From assembly GCA_031375485.1 (NCBI GenBank), contig JANMHX010000287.1, forward strand, positions 10,644 to 74,643: DNA of 64,000 nt, given 5' to 3'. Below are positions 8,159 to 22,330 of the stretch, in pieces; the first letter of the stretch is position 1, and each line of letters opens with the position of its first letter. A program made the translations under genes and the position numbers. The notes beneath the pieces are model-generated. The model saw only the letters and a list, made by a program, of their open reading frames with translations, did no database searches and was not told the origin of the DNA. Origin of the DNA: Gemmatimonadota bacterium. GTDB taxonomy: Bacteria; Gemmatimonadota; Gemmatimonadetes; Gemmatimonadales; GWC2-71-9.

Positions 8159-9471
8159 AGGACTCTGCGCAGTCGGGCGGCATAGGCGCCGTCCGTTCCG
8201 TGCCGTTGGGGCAACACCACCAAGTCGCCGTCAGCGTTCAGCAGTTCCGCCGGGACGTTGTTCGACGGTTCGCGGCGAAACCGGGTGTCGCCCTCGAGGA
8301 ACCGGGCGACCTGGGCTTCGTTCTCTTCGGGTTCGAGCGAACAGGTTGCGAATAATAGTAATCCCCCCGGCGCCACCACCTCGGCGGCCTGGATCAAAAA
8401 CCGGCCCGCCTGGTACGCCAGGCTGTGGAGGGCCTCAGGCGCCACCCGCCACCGGGCGTCCGGATGGCGCGCGAAGGTGCCGGTGCCGAGGCAGGGAACG
8501 TCGAGCAAGACCGCCCCAACCGGTCGAATCGGCGGCTTGATCGCGTCGGCCAACACGGCCATCACGTTGGGTGGCGCCGCTCGCTTCAGGTTTTCGGCCA
8601 GACGGCGGACCCGGACTCGGGTCCGGTCGGCCGCAATGACCAGCGATCGTCCGGTGGCGAGCGCAATCGACTTGCCCCCGGGCGCGGCGCAGGCGTCGTA
8701 GAGCACGGCACCCGGATCGGGCGCCAGGAATCGGGTCACCAGCCGTTGAGCCGGGTCTTGGACGACAAAGGCGCCCTCGGCGTATCCGGGCATCTCGGCG
8801 GGCTTCTTGGCGGACACGATGAGCCCCGCGTCGAACGGAGCCGGCCTGAAGGTGATCCCGGCGGCGGCCAGGGCGGCCTCCACTTGGCCCCGCGGCCACC
8901 GAGCCGGTTGGATCACCAGCGTGGGCTTGGTGTTGTTCCAGATCAGCAGGGCCCGAGTCTCCTCCGGTCCGAAAATGGCCAGCCATCGGGCCACCAGCCA
9001 CTCGGGGTGGGAAAACTCGCGGGACAGCATCGCGGCCCCACCCTCGGTGCCCCCGGCGTCAATCCGGTCGGCCCGGCCGTCCGCCATTCGGCGGAGGACC
9101 GCGTTGACGAACCCCGCGACCTTTCGTCCGCCGAGTCGTCGGGCCACCCCGACCGTGCTCTGGACCGCGGCGTGCGGGGGGACCCGGTCCAAGTGCAGCA
9201 GTTGGAACGCCCCAAGGCGGAGGACGTCCAGGGTGTCGTCCTTGACGCTCTCGATGCCGCGCTCGATGCCGCCGGCCAGCGACGAATCGAGGTGGGTTCG
9301 GGCCCGGAACACGCCGGCGGCGAGCTCGTGGGCCAACCGGCGGTCGTCGGTATCGAGATCCTTGACGGCTCGGCGGAGTGCGACGTCGAAGGGCACGCCG
9401 TGGCGGACGTCGTGGAGCACCCGCCACGCGGCAAAGCGAGGGCCGAGGCCGGGCTCGTCGGCTCCGGTCAT
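8155..9471 (-). CDS. rsmB: 16S rRNA (cytosine967-C5)-methyltransferase
   Basis: NusB-like N-terminus, SAM motif DACAAPGGKS and catalytic FATCSLEPEENE. Confidence 0.85.
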   Translation of the reverse strand: MTGADEPGLGPRFAAWRVLHDVRHGVPFDVALRRAVKDLDTDDRRLAHELAAGVFRARTHLDSSLAGGIERGIESVKDDTLDVLRLGAFQLLHLDRVPPHAAVQSTVGVARRLGGRKVAGFVNAVLRRMADGRADRIDAGGTEGGAAMLSREFSHPEWLVARWLAIFGPEETRALLIWNNTKPTLVIQPARWPRGQVEAALAAAGITFRPAPFDAGLIVSAKKPAEMPGYAEGAFVVQDPAQRLVTRFLAPDPGAVLYDACAAPGGKSIALATGRSLVIAADRTRVRVRRLAENLKRAAPPNVMAVLADAIKPPIRPVGAVLLDVPCLGTGTFARHPDARWRVAPEALHSLAYQAGRFLIQAAEVVAPGGLLLFATCSLEPEENEAQVARFLEGDTRFRREPSNNVPAELLNADGDLVVLPQRHGTDGAYAARLRRVL

Positions 9472-10085
9472 GCCGCCACCTCACGGACGAATTGCTCGGC
9501 GGCCCGGGCCGGATCCGGCGCCGACCAGAGGGCCGAGTTAGCCGCGACGCCCCAGGCTCCGGCGGCCCGGACCGAGCCGATCTCCGAGACCCCGATGCCG
9601 CCGCAGGCCACGACGGGCAGACCCCGCGCGACGATCTGCCGGAGCCAGTCGAGGCCGAGCCCTGGGTGGCCCGGACCGGCCGGCGACGGGAACACGGGGC
9701 CCGCGATCAGGAAGTCGGCGCCCCCGGCCACCGCCGTGTCGGCCTCGGTGAGGGACCGGACCACGATCCCGATCCATCCGGCCGGATAGATGCGGCGGGC
9801 CTCGGCCGCGGTCATGCCGCCGGCCGGGAGCTCGAGGCCGGGGGCCCCGGTCGCTCTGCCTAACGCCGGGTCGCCGGAGGCCAGGAACGCGGCTTCCGGC
9901 GGCCGGACCAAGGCCCGGACCCGGAGCAACAACGCCATCTGGTGGCTGGCGTCCGCGCCGGGAGCTCGGACGACGATGCCGACCGTCGGGCCGGCCGAGG
10001 CGATGGCGGCCACCCTGATCGCGAAGTCCTCGGCGGCGACGACCCGAGCGTCGGTGACGGCGAGCAGGCGAGGCAGCGGCCTCAT
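9468..10085 (-). CDS. thiamine-phosphate synthase family protein (TMP-TENI fold)
   Basis: LLAVTDARV start, GADFLIAGPVFPS and VVACGGIG motifs. The start is trimmed to MRPLPRL (ATG at 10085), which overlaps the fmt stop as ATGA. Confidence 0.6.
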   Translation of the reverse strand: MRPLPRLLAVTDARVVAAEDFAIRVAAIASAGPTVGIVVRAPGADASHQMALLLRVRALVRPPEAAFLASGDPALGRATGAPGLELPAGGMTAAEARRIYPAGWIGIVVRSLTEADTAVAGGADFLIAGPVFPSPAGPGHPGLGLDWLRQIVARGLPVVACGGIGVSEIGSVRAAGAWGVAANSALWSAPDPARAAEQFVREVAA

Positions 10086-11005
10086 CCGAGCTGGTCGCCG
10101 ATGGTAAGCGGCCGGCCCCGGAGCCAATCGAGCGTGTTCATGCGGGGTTTGCCCGCGGGTTGGACTTGGCCGATGGCCACGGCGCCGGTGCCGGCGGCCA
10201 CGACCAACTCCGGGCTGAGCCAGAGGACCGTGCCGGGCCGGCCGTTGCCCTTGACGGCCCGGGGCGCGAAGCACTTGAGGTCCCGCCCGGCGAGGGTCGT
10301 CCAACTGCCGGGTACCGGATCGAACGCCCGAATCCCGTTGGCCACCTCGGTAGCCGGTTTGGTCCAATCGATCCGCGCCACCTCATGCCCGATCTTCGGA
10401 GCCACCGTAACCTTGGCGGAATCCTGGGGGTGGAACTCGGCGGTTCCCTGGCGGAACCGGTCCATCGCCTCGTGGAGGGCCGCGGCACCTAACGTCGCGA
10501 GCCGGGCGGTCAGCTCGCCACCCGTGTCCGTCGGGCCGATCGGAGTTTCCTTGGCCAGCAGGACCGGTCCGCTGTCGAGGCCGGCTTCCATGCGCATGAT
10601 GGTGACGCCGGTGGTCGGATCGCCGTGGGCGATGGCCGATTGGATCGGGGCCGCCCCGCGCCACCGCGGGAGGAGGCTCGCGTGGACGTTGATCATCCCG
10701 AGTTTGGGGATCTCGAGCAACGCCGGCCGGAGCAGATGCCCGTAGGCCACGACCACGCCGAGGTCGGCGTCGAAGGCACGGCACTGGTCGAGGAAATCGG
10801 ATCCGCTTGGCCGCTCCGGTTGGAGGACGGGGATCCCGGCGGCCAGCGCCCGCACCTTGACCGGTGGCGGCTCGAGCGTGGACCGGGAGCGGCCGCGGGG
10901 CCGGTCGGGCTGAGTGACCACGCCCACGACCGTGACCCCAAGACCCAGCAACGTCTCGAGACTCGGGACGGCAAACTCGGGCGTCCCAAAGAACACGATC
11001 CGCAT
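10082..11005 (-). CDS. fmt: methionyl-tRNA formyltransferase
   Basis: MRIVFFGTPEFAVPSL and HASLLPRWRGAAPIQ motifs. Confidence 0.9.
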   Translation of the reverse strand: MRIVFFGTPEFAVPSLETLLGLGVTVVGVVTQPDRPRGRSRSTLEPPPVKVRALAAGIPVLQPERPSGSDFLDQCRAFDADLGVVVAYGHLLRPALLEIPKLGMINVHASLLPRWRGAAPIQSAIAHGDPTTGVTIMRMEAGLDSGPVLLAKETPIGPTDTGGELTARLATLGAAALHEAMDRFRQGTAEFHPQDSAKVTVAPKIGHEVARIDWTKPATEVANGIRAFDPVPGSWTTLAGRDLKCFAPRAVKGNGRPGTVLWLSPELVVAAGTGAVAIGQVQPAGKPRMNTLDWLRGRPLTIGDQLG

Positions 11006-11538
11006 TACGCCGGGTCGTCGTCCTCCGGAACGACCTTACGGATCAGGCCGCTGCCCTTGTTGTCTTTTTTCCAGCGGCGGAGGAGGATCTCGCGTTTGAG
11101 AATGCTGAGATGGTCGAAGAACAAGATCCCGTCGAGATGGTCGATTTCATGCTGGACCGCGCGGGCAACGTATCCCTCGAGTTCGCGGCGGTAGGCGTTT
11201 CCCTGTTCATCGAGCGCTTCGAGGACGATACGCTCGGGGCGGGTGACCTCGCCGAACACATCGGGCATCGAGAGGCAGCCTTCTTCGGCCCGGGCCCGGC
11301 CCTCGGCGCTCACGATGACCGGATTGATCATCGCAAACCGATCCTCCTCGACCCCGACCACCGCCACCCGCTTGGTGATGCCGACTTGGTTGGCCGCGAG
11401 GCCCACTCCCTTGGCGGCGTCCATCGTTTCGAACAAATCGGCGACGAATTGCCGGGTCTGGTCGTCCACGGCGCCGAGTTCGGCGCTCCTGGCCCTGAGC
11501 GGTGGCGAGCCCAGGAGATGGATGTCCAGCAACGCCAT
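11005..11538 (-). CDS. def: peptide deformylase
   Basis: GVGLAANQVG, EGCLS and QHEIDHLDG motifs. Confidence 0.9.
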   Translation of the reverse strand: MALLDIHLLGSPPLRARSAELGAVDDQTRQFVADLFETMDAAKGVGLAANQVGITKRVAVVGVEEDRFAMINPVIVSAEGRARAEEGCLSMPDVFGEVTRPERIVLEALDEQGNAYRRELEGYVARAVQHEIDHLDGILFFDHLSILKREILLRRWKKDNKGSGLIRKVVPEDDDPA

Positions 11539-11539
11539 G

Positions 11540-14031
<2,492 letters not shown>

Positions 14032-14039
<8 letters not shown>

Positions 14040-15054
14040 ACAGGGGTCCCTGGCTGGCCGGCGGCGTGATCCCGAATCGCCGGTAGGCTTGGGCCGTCGC
14101 CACCCGGCCTCGGGAGGTCCGCTCCAGGAAGCCCTGCTGGAGCAAGTAGGGCTCGTAGACTTCCTCCAGGGTTCCGCTGTCCTCGCCGACGGCCGCGCCT
14201 AACGTCTGGAGGCCGACCGGTCCGCCGCCGAACTTCTCGATGATCGTGGAGAGAATCCGGGCGTCCATGTCGTCGAGACCGAATTCGTCGACGTTCAACC
14301 GTTCGAGGGCGGCGGCGGCCACGGCCGGGGTAATGATGCCGTTGGCCCGGACCTCGGCGTAGTCCCGGACCCGGCGGAGCAGCCGGTTCGCGATCCGGGG
14401 CGTGCCCCGGCTTCGCTTGGCGATTTCGAGGGCACCGGTGGCTTCGGCCGGGATGTTCAGGATGGCGGCGGAGCGGGTCACGATCCGGGCCAATTCGTCG
14501 GGGCGGTAGAAGTTCAACCGTTCGACGATCCCGAACCGGGCCCGCATCGGGGGCGTCAGCTGTCCGAACCTCGTCGTGGCTCCGACGAGCGTGAACGGCT
14601 CGAGGGCCATCGGAATGGTCTGGGCGTTCGGTCCCTCGGCAATCCGGACGTCGACCCGGAAGTCCTCCATGGCGGGGTAGAGAAATTCCTCCAACACCGG
14701 CCGGAGCCGGTGGATTTCGTCGATGAACAGGATGTCGCCCTTGTTCAGGCCGGTGAGCAGGCCGACCAGATCGCCGGGTTTTTCGAGCACCGGACCGGAG
14801 GTGGTCCGGATCTGCACCCCCATTTCGCGGGCCATCAGCATGGCCAGCGTGGTTTTGCCGAGGCCGGGCGGGCCGAAGAACAGGATGTGGTCGAGGGTGT
14901 CCTTCCGGGCCTTGGCGGCGTCGATCGCGATCTGGAGCGACGCCTTCACCTGCTCCTGGCCCACGAACTCATCGAGCCGGGACGGACGAAGCGCCGCGTC
15001 AGTGCCGCCCTCTTCGGGCAATTCGTCCGGGGTAGTTACCTCGACCCGCGTCAT
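14032..15054 (-). CDS. ruvB: Holliday junction branch migration helicase RuvB
   Basis: Walker [12 protein letters not shown] and LFIDEIHRL motifs. The start is trimmed to MTRVEVTT (ATG at 15054). Confidence 0.9.
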
Positions 15055-15061
15055 GGTGGGG

Positions 15062-15250
15062 CTACTTCGCCTCGGAGTTCCATCGGACCGGCCGGACCGC
15101 CGGCCAGATCGCATGACGGGCGCGGCAGGTGACGCACCGGTCTTCCGCCACCGGCGTGTCCATCGGGACGAGTTTCCGGTTGGTGGAGCCGCACTTGGTG
15201 CAGAGCCACTCCGCGGTCTGTTCAACTCGCTTCGGTAATGTCGCGATCAT
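15062..15250 (-). CDS. small zinc-ribbon protein (62 aa) between ruvA and ruvB
   Basis: CTKC-x18-CVTC forms a four-Cys ribbon. The ATG lies 1 nt after the ruvA stop, and the stop lies 7 nt before the ruvB ATG, so it fits the operon spacing exactly. Confidence 0.45.
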   Translation of the reverse strand: MIATLPKRVEQTAEWLCTKCGSTNRKLVPMDTPVAEDRCVTCRARHAIWPAVRPVRWNSEAK

Positions 15251-15251
15251 G

Positions 15252-15854
15252 CTATCGTCCTCCCGGCTTGGGTGTCGTCAATTGGTGAAGCGCCCGCTTG
15301 ATCAATCCGGCCGCATCGCTGTCGGGGCCCTGCGCCAGGGCCGAGCGGATCGCTTCGTCGGCCGCCACCGAGGCGTAGCCTAACGCCGCGAGCGCCCGGG
15401 TGGCCTCTTCGGCCGCCGATCCCTTCCGGGGGCCGGCGTCCACGACCACCTCGGCGAACCGGTCGGACAGCTCGAGGACCAGCCGTTCAGCCTTCTTCCG
15501 GCCGATGCCCGGGACGGTTGACAGGGCAATGAAGTCCCGAGCCTGGATGGCCCGGACGGTCCGGTCAGGGCCCAGACTCGAGAGCAAGGCCATGGCCAGT
15601 TTGGGCCCGAATCCGCTCGCGCCCAGCAAGCGCTGAAAGATGCCCCGGTCGGCGGCCCGATCGAAACCGAACAACGTCCAGGCATCCTCGCGAATCACCA
15701 TCTCGATGAACAGCGAGCACCGCTGGCCGGCCGCCGGCAGCCGCTCCAAGACGCCCACCGGTACGGTCACGGCGTAACCGACCCCGCCGTCGGTTTGGAT
15801 CACGATCGTCTCGCCCGATCGGTCGGACAGCACGCCGGTGACGACCGAGATCAC
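15252..15854 (-). CDS. ruvA: Holliday junction DNA helicase RuvA
   Basis: VISVVTGVL...DGGVGYAVTVP and the HhH motif VPGIGRKKAERLVLEL. The GTG at 15854 overlaps the ruvC stop (GTGA). The longer ORF N-terminus is discarded. Confidence 0.85.
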   Translation of the reverse strand: MISVVTGVLSDRSGETIVIQTDGGVGYAVTVPVGVLERLPAAGQRCSLFIEMVIREDAWTLFGFDRAADRGIFQRLLGASGFGPKLAMALLSSLGPDRTVRAIQARDFIALSTVPGIGRKKAERLVLELSDRFAEVVVDAGPRKGSAAEEATRALAALGYASVAADEAIRSALAQGPDSDAAGLIKRALHQLTTPKPGGR

Positions 15855-16345
15855 CGGGCGGCCCGAGCCCCGCGGCCGGCCAGCAGGTGGGTCAGGGCCA
15901 CCGCCACCCCATCGGCGGCGTCGGCCGGGGTCGGCGCGGTCTTCAATCCGAGGAGTTTGGCCACCATGAATCCAACCTGTGATTTCTGCGCGGCGCCGCG
16001 CCCGACGATGGCCTTCTTGATGCTGGCCGGCGGATACTCGAACACCGGGATGCCGGCCAAGGCTCCGGCCAGCAGGATGACGCCGCGGGCGTGTCCGAGG
16101 ACCGCCGTGGTCCGGACGTTGGTGCCGTAGAAAATGTCTTCGACCGCGAGCGCCGTCGGCCGGTGGCGGGCGAAGAGTTCGGTCAGCCCTTCGTGGATCG
16201 CCAGCAGCCGGGCCGGCAGCGGGGTCCGAGCGGTGGTCCGGATCACGCCGCACTCGACCAACCGCGCGAGCCGGCCCGGTTGATCGGCCACTAGCACGCC
16301 GTAGCCGACCACCGCGGTGCCGGGATCGATACCGAGAACCGTCAC
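15851..16345 (-). CDS. ruvC: crossover junction endodeoxyribonuclease RuvC
   Basis: VLGIDPGTAVVGYGV and the ~164 aa size. The GTG overlaps the yebC-like stop. Confidence 0.9.
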   Translation of the reverse strand: MTVLGIDPGTAVVGYGVLVADQPGRLARLVECGVIRTTARTPLPARLLAIHEGLTELFARHRPTALAVEDIFYGTNVRTTAVLGHARGVILLAGALAGIPVFEYPPASIKKAIVGRGAAQKSQVGFMVAKLLGLKTAPTPADAADGVAVALTHLLAGRGARAAR

Positions 16346-17091
16346 GCCTCCGCTTCGGCCAGGGTCCTGGCGTCGATGTCGAAGTTGGCGAATACTTTGG
16401 ACACGTCGTCTTGCTCTTCCAGCATTTCGACCAACTTGAGCAACTTGACGGCGTCGTCGCCCTCGACCTTCACTGTGTTCCTCGGGACCATCGCGATTTC
16501 CGCCGAGTCGATGGCGTAGCCCTTGGCCTTGAGCGTGTCCTGGACCCCGTGGAGATCATTCGGCGCGGTCGTGACGATGTATTGGTCGCCTTCGGTGGCG
16601 AAATCTTCGGCCCCGGCTTCGAGGGCGGCTTCCAGGGTGGCCTCCTCGGGCGACCGGGCCGCCGTGAGGAAGATCTGGCCCTTCCGATCGAACATCCACG
16701 CCACCGAGTTGCTGGCGCCCAGGTTGCCGCCGTTCTTGGCAAACGCGTGTCGGACCTCCGCGACGGTCCGATTCGCGTTATCGGTGGTGCCTTCCAGATA
16801 GATGGCCGCGCCACCCGGGCCGTACCCCTCGTAGGTCACGTCCTCGTACACGGCCCCTTCGAGTTCGCCGGTGCCCTTTTTGATGGCCCGCTCGATGTTC
16901 TCGTTGGGCATATTCACCGCCCGGCCGGCATCGATGGCGGTCCGAAGCCGCGGGTTGCCGCCGGGGTCGCCGCCGCCCGCCTTGGCGGCCACGGTGATTT
17001 CCCGAATGCACTTGGTCCAAACCGACGCCCGTCGGCTGTCGGTGGCGGCTTTCTTATGCTTGATTTGCTTCCACTTGCTGTGGCCGGCCAT
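16342..17091 (-). CDS. YebC/PmpR-family DNA-binding transcriptional regulator
   Basis: MAGHSKWKQIKHKKA N-terminus. GAGGA lies 7 nt upstream of the ATG. Confidence 0.9.
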   Translation of the reverse strand: MAGHSKWKQIKHKKAATDSRRASVWTKCIREITVAAKAGGGDPGGNPRLRTAIDAGRAVNMPNENIERAIKKGTGELEGAVYEDVTYEGYGPGGAAIYLEGTTDNANRTVAEVRHAFAKNGGNLGASNSVAWMFDRKGQIFLTAARSPEEATLEAALEAGAEDFATEGDQYIVTTAPNDLHGVQDTLKAKGYAIDSAEIAMVPRNTVKVEGDDAVKLLKLVEMLEEQDDVSKVFANFDIDARTLAEAEA

Positions 17092-17151
17092 AGATCGTTC
17101 CTCAGGGCGTTCCGAGACCCAACTTAGGGGCTTTTCGGTCGTGGCGGGAGG

Positions 17152-17511
17152 CTACCGGAGGCTCTTGGCGGCCTTCTGGACCAAGTCAGCCGCATCGAGG
17201 CCCACGGCGTCTCGAACCGGGCCCACCAGCCCGCTCAACAGCGGGCCGGCCGGCCCGGCCGGGGCGGTTTTCAACCCCTCGATCATCCGGGCCAAGCCCC
17301 GCTTGAGGGCCAACGGCAGCGCCAGGCTGGAAATTCGTTGCTCCAGCAGGGTGACTCGACGCCGATAGGCCCGCTCCGCCGGACCGGTGGCCAGGCCAAG
17401 ATCTTCCGCCACGTGCACGGCCAGCCAGAGGGCAAACAGCCCGTCCCGGCGGGGGCCCCGGGGCGCCGACCCCATCAGGTCGATCAGCCCCCGGGTGGCA
17501 GGGGTCAGCAT
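17152..17511 (-). CDS. hypothetical protein (119 aa, predicted helical)
   Basis: The ATG lies 3 nt after the GT9 stop. I recognise no family, so the call rests on operon fit only. Confidence 0.4.
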   Translation of the reverse strand: MLTPATRGLIDLMGSAPRGPRRDGLFALWLAVHVAEDLGLATGPAERAYRRRVTLLEQRISSLALPLALKRGLARMIEGLKTAPAGPAGPLLSGLVGPVRDAVGLDAADLVQKAAKSLR

Positions 17512-17514
17512 CGC

Positions 17515-18522
17515 TCAGCGGGGCAGGCGGCGGATCGCATCGAATACGTCGTCGGGGGTGATGTCCACGAGGCACCGGTGGTGGCCGAGGGGGCAAACCG
17601 GTCCGCCCATGGCGGAACAGGGCCGGCACGGGAGGTCGCGTTCGAGCACGGTGGCCCGTCCGCCATACGGGAAAAATCCGAATGGGCGGACGGTCGGTCC
17701 GAACAGGGCCACCACCGGGGTCTGGACGGCCGTGGCCAGGTGCATCAGTCCGGTGTCACCGCTGACCGCCCGGCGCGACAACTTGAGCAACGCGGCACTG
17801 CCCGGAAAATCAAAGGCGCCCGCCGCATTCGCCGCCGATTCGGCGCCGGCGGCCGCCACCTCTTCGCCGAGGAGCCGTTCGGCCGGCCCACCCAAGACCA
17901 CGACGTCCGAGCCGGTGGTCGTGAGCCGGGTCACGAGGTGCTGCCAGTGCCGGAGCAACCACCGCTTCGTGGCGTGCTGCGCCCCCGGGCACACCGCAAT
18001 CACCGGTCGGTCGATGCCGAGTCCCCGTTGTTTCAGAAACTGCTGAGCCGCTTCCATCGCCTCACGACGGACGAAGAACTCGAGGGGTTGGCCCCCGGGC
18101 GAGACGTCGAGGCTCCGAGCCGCGTCGAAGTATCGCTCGGCCACCGGACGGCGATCCCGATACCGATCGCGTTTGGTCCGAATCAGCAGCGTGCGAGCCA
18201 ACCGGTATTTGGGATAGCTCCCCCACCGTCCACCGACCAACAATCGGAGCCACCGGGTTCGAAGGCTGCCATGGAGGTCGAGCAGGTGGCTGTAGCCGCC
18301 GCTCTTGATCCGGGTGGCGAGGGCCTTCAAGGGGGTGTCGGGGTCGTAGCCGATGACCTCGGCGACCCGCGGGTTGTCGGCGAGGAGCGAGGTGAAGACG
18401 GTCTTGGTGACGAAGGTGATGCTGGCATCCGGATGGCGTTCCCGGACAGCCCGAATCAGCGGCGTGGTCAGGAGCACGTCGCCCATCGAACTGAATCGGA
18501 GCATCAAGATGCGCGGCGGCAC
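17515..18522 (-). CDS. glycosyltransferase family 9 (heptosyltransferase-like)
   Basis: RILMLRFSSMGDVLLTTPLIRAV N-terminus and SGDTGLMHLA motif. The start is uncertain: GTG at 18522 or ATG at 18504. The 618-aa ORF N-terminus is rejected. Confidence 0.75.
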   Translation of the reverse strand: MPPRILMLRFSSMGDVLLTTPLIRAVRERHPDASITFVTKTVFTSLLADNPRVAEVIGYDPDTPLKALATRIKSGGYSHLLDLHGSLRTRWLRLLVGGRWGSYPKYRLARTLLIRTKRDRYRDRRPVAERYFDAARSLDVSPGGQPLEFFVRREAMEAAQQFLKQRGLGIDRPVIAVCPGAQHATKRWLLRHWQHLVTRLTTTGSDVVVLGGPAERLLGEEVAAAGAESAANAAGAFDFPGSAALLKLSRRAVSGDTGLMHLATAVQTPVVALFGPTVRPFGFFPYGGRATVLERDLPCRPCSAMGGPVCPLGHHRCLVDITPDDVFDAIRRLPR

Positions 18523-18546
18523 GAGGTTGTGAAGATAACGTCCTAT

Positions 18547-18552
18547 TAGGTT
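18547..18552 (+). promoter_or_regulatory. -10-like hexamer TAGGTT, 6 nt upstream of the ABC-exporter ATG
   Basis: TAGGTT-tgctcc-ATG. The divergent GT9 start is only ~36 nt away. Confidence 0.3.
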
Positions 18553-18558
18553 TGCTCC

Positions 18559-20372
<1,814 letters not shown>

Positions 20373-20376
<4 letters not shown>

Positions 20377-21383
20377 GCGTTCCGTCTGTCCTCCTGATCG
20401 CCCCCTTCGATGATGGCGAAAACGCCCATTCGTCGCAACGGGCTCGCGGTTTCGAGCGACTCGGCTGTGACGTGACCACCTTCGACCTGCGCCGCCGCTC
20501 GGGGCTCCTGGGCCTTTTGGGCGGCAGCGACCTCCGGTCGCGGCTCCTCAAGAGCATCGAGGTGGCCGAGGCCACTTTGGTCCTGGTGATCGGCGGCTAC
20601 GATATCGATGAAGGATTGGTCGAGTCGATCCGGTCCCAGACTGGGGTTCGCATGGTCAATTGGTTTCCGGACGATGTGGGCCGGATTTCGGAGATTCTCG
20701 CGGTGGCCCGGGCTTACGACGCCATCTTCGTAGCGGGAACCGACGTGGCCGCGGCGTGCGAACGGTCCTTTGGCCGGACCGTCGAGGTCCTCCCGTTGGC
20801 CGCCGATCCCTCGGTCTACCGGCCGCTCCGGACCAAAGACCAGTACCGGGCCAACGTGGTCTTTGCCGGTGGGGCAACCCCGACCCGGGAGAAGTACCTG
20901 GCGGAGTTGGTCGAATTCGGGCTGGCGCTTTGGGGCCCCGGGTGGCGAAAGACCTCGCTCCGGGACTATTGCCGAGGCGAACTCCGGACCACCGCGGAAT
21001 ATGTCCGGGCCTACGGCGGCGCTTCGGTGGCGGTCAACCTGCACCATGGGCTCGGCTCAAACGGGCTATCCTACGCCTACTGTAACCAGCGGGTGTTCGA
21101 GCTGGCCTCCATGGGGGTCCCCCAAGTCGTCGACGCCCGAGCCGACCTGCCGAAGTACTTCGAGGTCGGGAAGGAAATCGTCACCTTCGCCGAAGCGGGC
21201 GAGCTCAAGTCGAAAGTGGAGGAGCTGCTCCACGCCCCCCCGCAGGCCGAGGAGATCGGCATGGCGGCCCGGCGCCGGGTGCTCGACCAACACACCCACA
21301 TGCATCGAGCCCAGCGGTTGTTGGAATCGATCGGCATGTTGTCGGCCCAGAAGCCGGTCGGTCAGGAGTCGGTCGCCGACTGA
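20373..21383 (+). CDS. CgeB-family glycosyltransferase-like protein (paralogue 1)
   Basis: NQRVFELASMGVPQVVD...EIVTFAEAGELKSKVEELL C-terminal pattern. The GTG overlaps the ABC stop (GTGA). Confidence 0.55.
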
Positions 21384-22330
21384 TGTACACCGGCCTCCGG
21401 GTCGTCCTGGTCGCGAAGTTCAACGAGCGATACCACCGGGCCGGCCCGGCCATTGCCGCGGCGCTGGAATCGTTGGGATGCGACGTCGTCAAGTGCGAGG
21501 AACGGACTCGGGGCCTCGATCGCTGGTTGCTCCGCTCGGTGGGCCAGCGGCTGCTCGGCGCGGTGCGGCGTCACCGGCCTGACCTGGTCCTGGTCTTCAA
21601 AGGGGCCACGGTCGACCCGGAGATTATCGCTGCGATCCGGTCGGTGGCGCCGCCGGCCCGGTGGGCCAATTGGTTTCCCGACAGTCCGCATCTGCTCGAT
21701 CTGTCGCTTCGAATCGGCGCCGGATACGACCATTGCTTCATCTTCGATACCTCGATGGTGGATCGCCATCGGGCGCTCGGCCGGGCGGCCAGCTACTTGG
21801 CCGAAGGCTGTGATCCGGCCTATCACCGCCCGTTGCCGGATCCCGCTTGGCCCCGGTCGCCGATTGCCTTTGTCGGGACCCACGAGCCCGATCGGGCCGC
21901 CGCCATCGAGGGCCTTCGGGATCTCGGCCTCACCACGTGGGGACCCGGCTGGCCCAAGGGTCCGCTGTATGGCGACGATTTCATTCGGGCGTTCTCGAAC
22001 GCCGACATCGCCTTGAACGTTCATCAGTTCTTTGGAGAGCCCCCCGAGCGGGGCCGCTATGGCACCGGCGCGAACCGGCGGGTCTTCGAGTTGGCGGCCA
22101 TCGGCACGGTCCAACTCTGCGATGCCAAGGGCGACCTGTCCCGGAACTTCGAGGCCGGGAGCGAGGTGGTTTCGTTCTGCGATACCCGGGAGCTCCGGGC
22201 CGCGGCCGAAGGCCTCCTGGCCGATCCGGTCCGGCGCCGGAGCATCGGGGACCGGGCCCGGGCCCGAGCACTCAGCGAACATACCTGGCGGCACCGCCTC
22301 GAAGCCTTGCTGGCCACGATGGCCCGATGA
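21383..22330 (+). CDS. CgeB-family glycosyltransferase-like protein (paralogue 2)
   Basis: NRRVFELAAIGTVQLCD...EVVSFCDTRELRAAAEGLL is collinear with the upstream paralogue. Stop and start share 1 nt (TGATG). Confidence 0.55.
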   Translation: MYTGLRVVLVAKFNERYHRAGPAIAAALESLGCDVVKCEERTRGLDRWLLRSVGQRLLGAVRRHRPDLVLVFKGATVDPEIIAAIRSVAPPARWANWFPDSPHLLDLSLRIGAGYDHCFIFDTSMVDRHRALGRAASYLAEGCDPAYHRPLPDPAWPRSPIAFVGTHEPDRAAAIEGLRDLGLTTWGPGWPKGPLYGDDFIRAFSNADIALNVHQFFGEPPERGRYGTGANRRVFELAAIGTVQLCDAKGDLSRNFEAGSEVVSFCDTRELRAAAEGLLADPVRRRSIGDRARARALSEHTWRHRLEALLATMAR

